Of a stretch of DNA of 64,000 nt, positions 62,869 through 64,000 are shown in pieces. The translations under genes and the position numbers were made by a program. This DNA comes from an uncultured Phycisphaerales bacterium. GTDB taxonomy: Bacteria > Planctomycetota > Phycisphaerae > Tepidisphaerales > Tepidisphaeraceae. The DNA lies in the NCBI GenBank assembly GCA_963758525.1, contig CAVWVQ010000003.1, forward strand, positions 352,001-416,000, in the 5' to 3' direction. Numbering within the stretch: the stretch's first letter is position 1; each line of letters begins with the position of its first letter. The notes below the pieces were generated by a model, which was given only the letters and a program-made list of their open reading frames with translations, did no database searches and was not told the origin of the DNA.

Positions 62869-63597
62869 TTAATCCCGGTCGTCCGGCGGAATCACACGCA
62901 CTCGAATATTCCGAATCGCGGCGGTCGTCTGATACGAGGCGAGCCCGAACGGTCGGCTGGGCTCTACCTCCGATCTGACTGAGACTTTCTTTCCGGCGAT
63001 CTTCACCTCGACGATACTTTCGTCGTCCACCCACGCCTTGATCCAATCCGGCTCAATGCGCAGGCGAATGTGATACCAGACGCCTGTATCGAACTTTCGG
63101 TAGGTGGTCGTTTCATTGCGGGCGGCGTCGTCGTCGTCGAGGCTGGAGATGCCGCAGACCCCGCCGCCCCAGCCGCCGAGAATGAGCGAGGCAAACGAAT
63201 CATTCACAGGAACGGTAAGACCGCAAAAGAAATCGGACCCGCTGACACGCTTGGCATCGAGTTCGACTTCGTAGTTGGTGGTCGGCGTCTTGCCGTTGAA
63301 ATTGAGACCGGTGAGCGTCTCGCCTTGCGGCAAAATGATGCAGCCGTCCTCGACATGCGGATCGCCGTGGCCCGCAAAATCGGTGACCGTCCAGCCGTCG
63401 AGCGTCTTGCCGTTGAAAAGGTTCAGCGGAGCACTTGCGTCGGCAGCGGCAGGCATCGTCGCGGGCGCGGTCGTCGGATTCGTCGTGGACCGCGGACAGG
63501 GGGAATCGCAGCCAGCGAGAACCAGGGCGGTGGTAGATCCAGCGATGAACAGCAGTGTCCGGAGTGTGCTATTTTGTGGCAAAGCGGTCTTGGTCAT
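62869..63597 (-). CDS. DUF1080 (3-keto-disaccharide hydrolase-like) lipoprotein
   Basis: LAG^C lipobox; LFNGKTLDGW, NYEVELD, WYHIR and IRNIRVR. Confidence 0.88.
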   Translation of the reverse strand: MTKTALPQNSTLRTLLFIAGSTTALVLAGCDSPCPRSTTNPTTAPATMPAAADASAPLNLFNGKTLDGWTVTDFAGHGDPHVEDGCIILPQGETLTGLNFNGKTPTTNYEVELDAKRVSGSDFFCGLTVPVNDSFASLILGGWGGGVCGISSLDDDDAARNETTTYRKFDTGVWYHIRLRIEPDWIKAWVDDESIVEVKIAGKKVSVRSEVEPSRPFGLASYQTTAAIRNIRVRVIPPDDRD

Positions 63598-63782
63598 GGT
63601 TCTTATCCCGGTTGGCGCTGGACGCGCTATCTTCTGCTCCGCGAAGGGCAAGCCACGGCGGCACTGTTGGCAAGCTCGATATGGTTACGACTCCGCAGCT
63701 TCCGCGGCTTCCGCTCCTTCTCACGTTTCACGTCTTCACGTTTTCACTGGCTCTTGTCACGTTCCAATCACCAATCACCGGG

Positions 63783-64000
63783 CTACAAATGAATCGACTT
63801 TCCATCCGCGACGCCGGCGGCTTCCATTACGGCTTCGGACATCGTGGGGTGCGGATGCATCGCCTCGATGATTTCTTCCTCGGTGGCTTCGAGCTTTCGC
63901 GCCAGGACCAGTTCGGCGAGCAGCTCGGTCACGTTCTCGCCGATCATGTGAACGCCAAGAAGCTCCCCGTATTTCGCGTCAAAGAGGAGCTTGACGAATC
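63783..64000 (-). CDS. lpdA: Dihydrolipoamide dehydrogenase, 3' end (partial)
   Basis: My translation: FVKLLFDAKYGELLGVHMIGENVTELLAE..HPHPTMSEAVMEAA..IHL*. Confidence 0.92.
   Translation of the reverse strand, partial: FVKLLFDAKYGELLGVHMIGENVTELLAELVLARKLEATEEEIIEAMHPHPTMSEAVMEAAGVADGKSIHL

Overview
GC-rich bacterial chromosomal window. The gene content (DUF1501/DUF1800, DUF1549-DUF1553 'PSCyt/PSD1' cytochrome operon, prepilin/H-X9-DG proteins, a LEPR-XLL-like protein) points to Planctomycetota, probably Phycisphaerae/Tepidisphaerales; this is inference. It holds mostly housekeeping and envelope genes (lpxK, lpxA, gluQ, mqnD, tadA, tsaB, eno, pfkA, cls, a dsbD-like gene, lpdA 3' end, prkA-yeaH), tRNA-Arg(CCT), tRNA-Gly(CCC), a RAYT/TnpA-REP gene, a Phd-ParE toxin-antitoxin pair and a HEPN two-gene module. 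About 15 genes, several essential, are split by 1-2 nt indels mostly in homopolymers; I treat these as long-read errors rather than pseudogenes. There is no CRISPR-Cas, rRNA or prophage. The most notable unannotated signals are: (i) an orphan ~240-nt sRNA candidate (24291-24530) with hairpins exposing C-rich anti-Shine-Dalgarno-like loops, and a second orphan transcript candidate (1490-1727); (ii) a 143-bp MITE carrying a GTAG-REP doublet, present twice with different 8-9 bp target duplications, one copy nested in another repeat; (iii) a RAYT whose catalytic Tyr is Phe; (iv) an FtsB/DivIC-like gene coupled to eno whose N-terminus is built from in-frame palindromic repeats; (v) two paralogous 34-35 aa membrane micropeptides absent from the ORF track; (vi) a catalytically dead trypsin-like lipoprotein. 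All product calls rest on motif recognition, not database searches.
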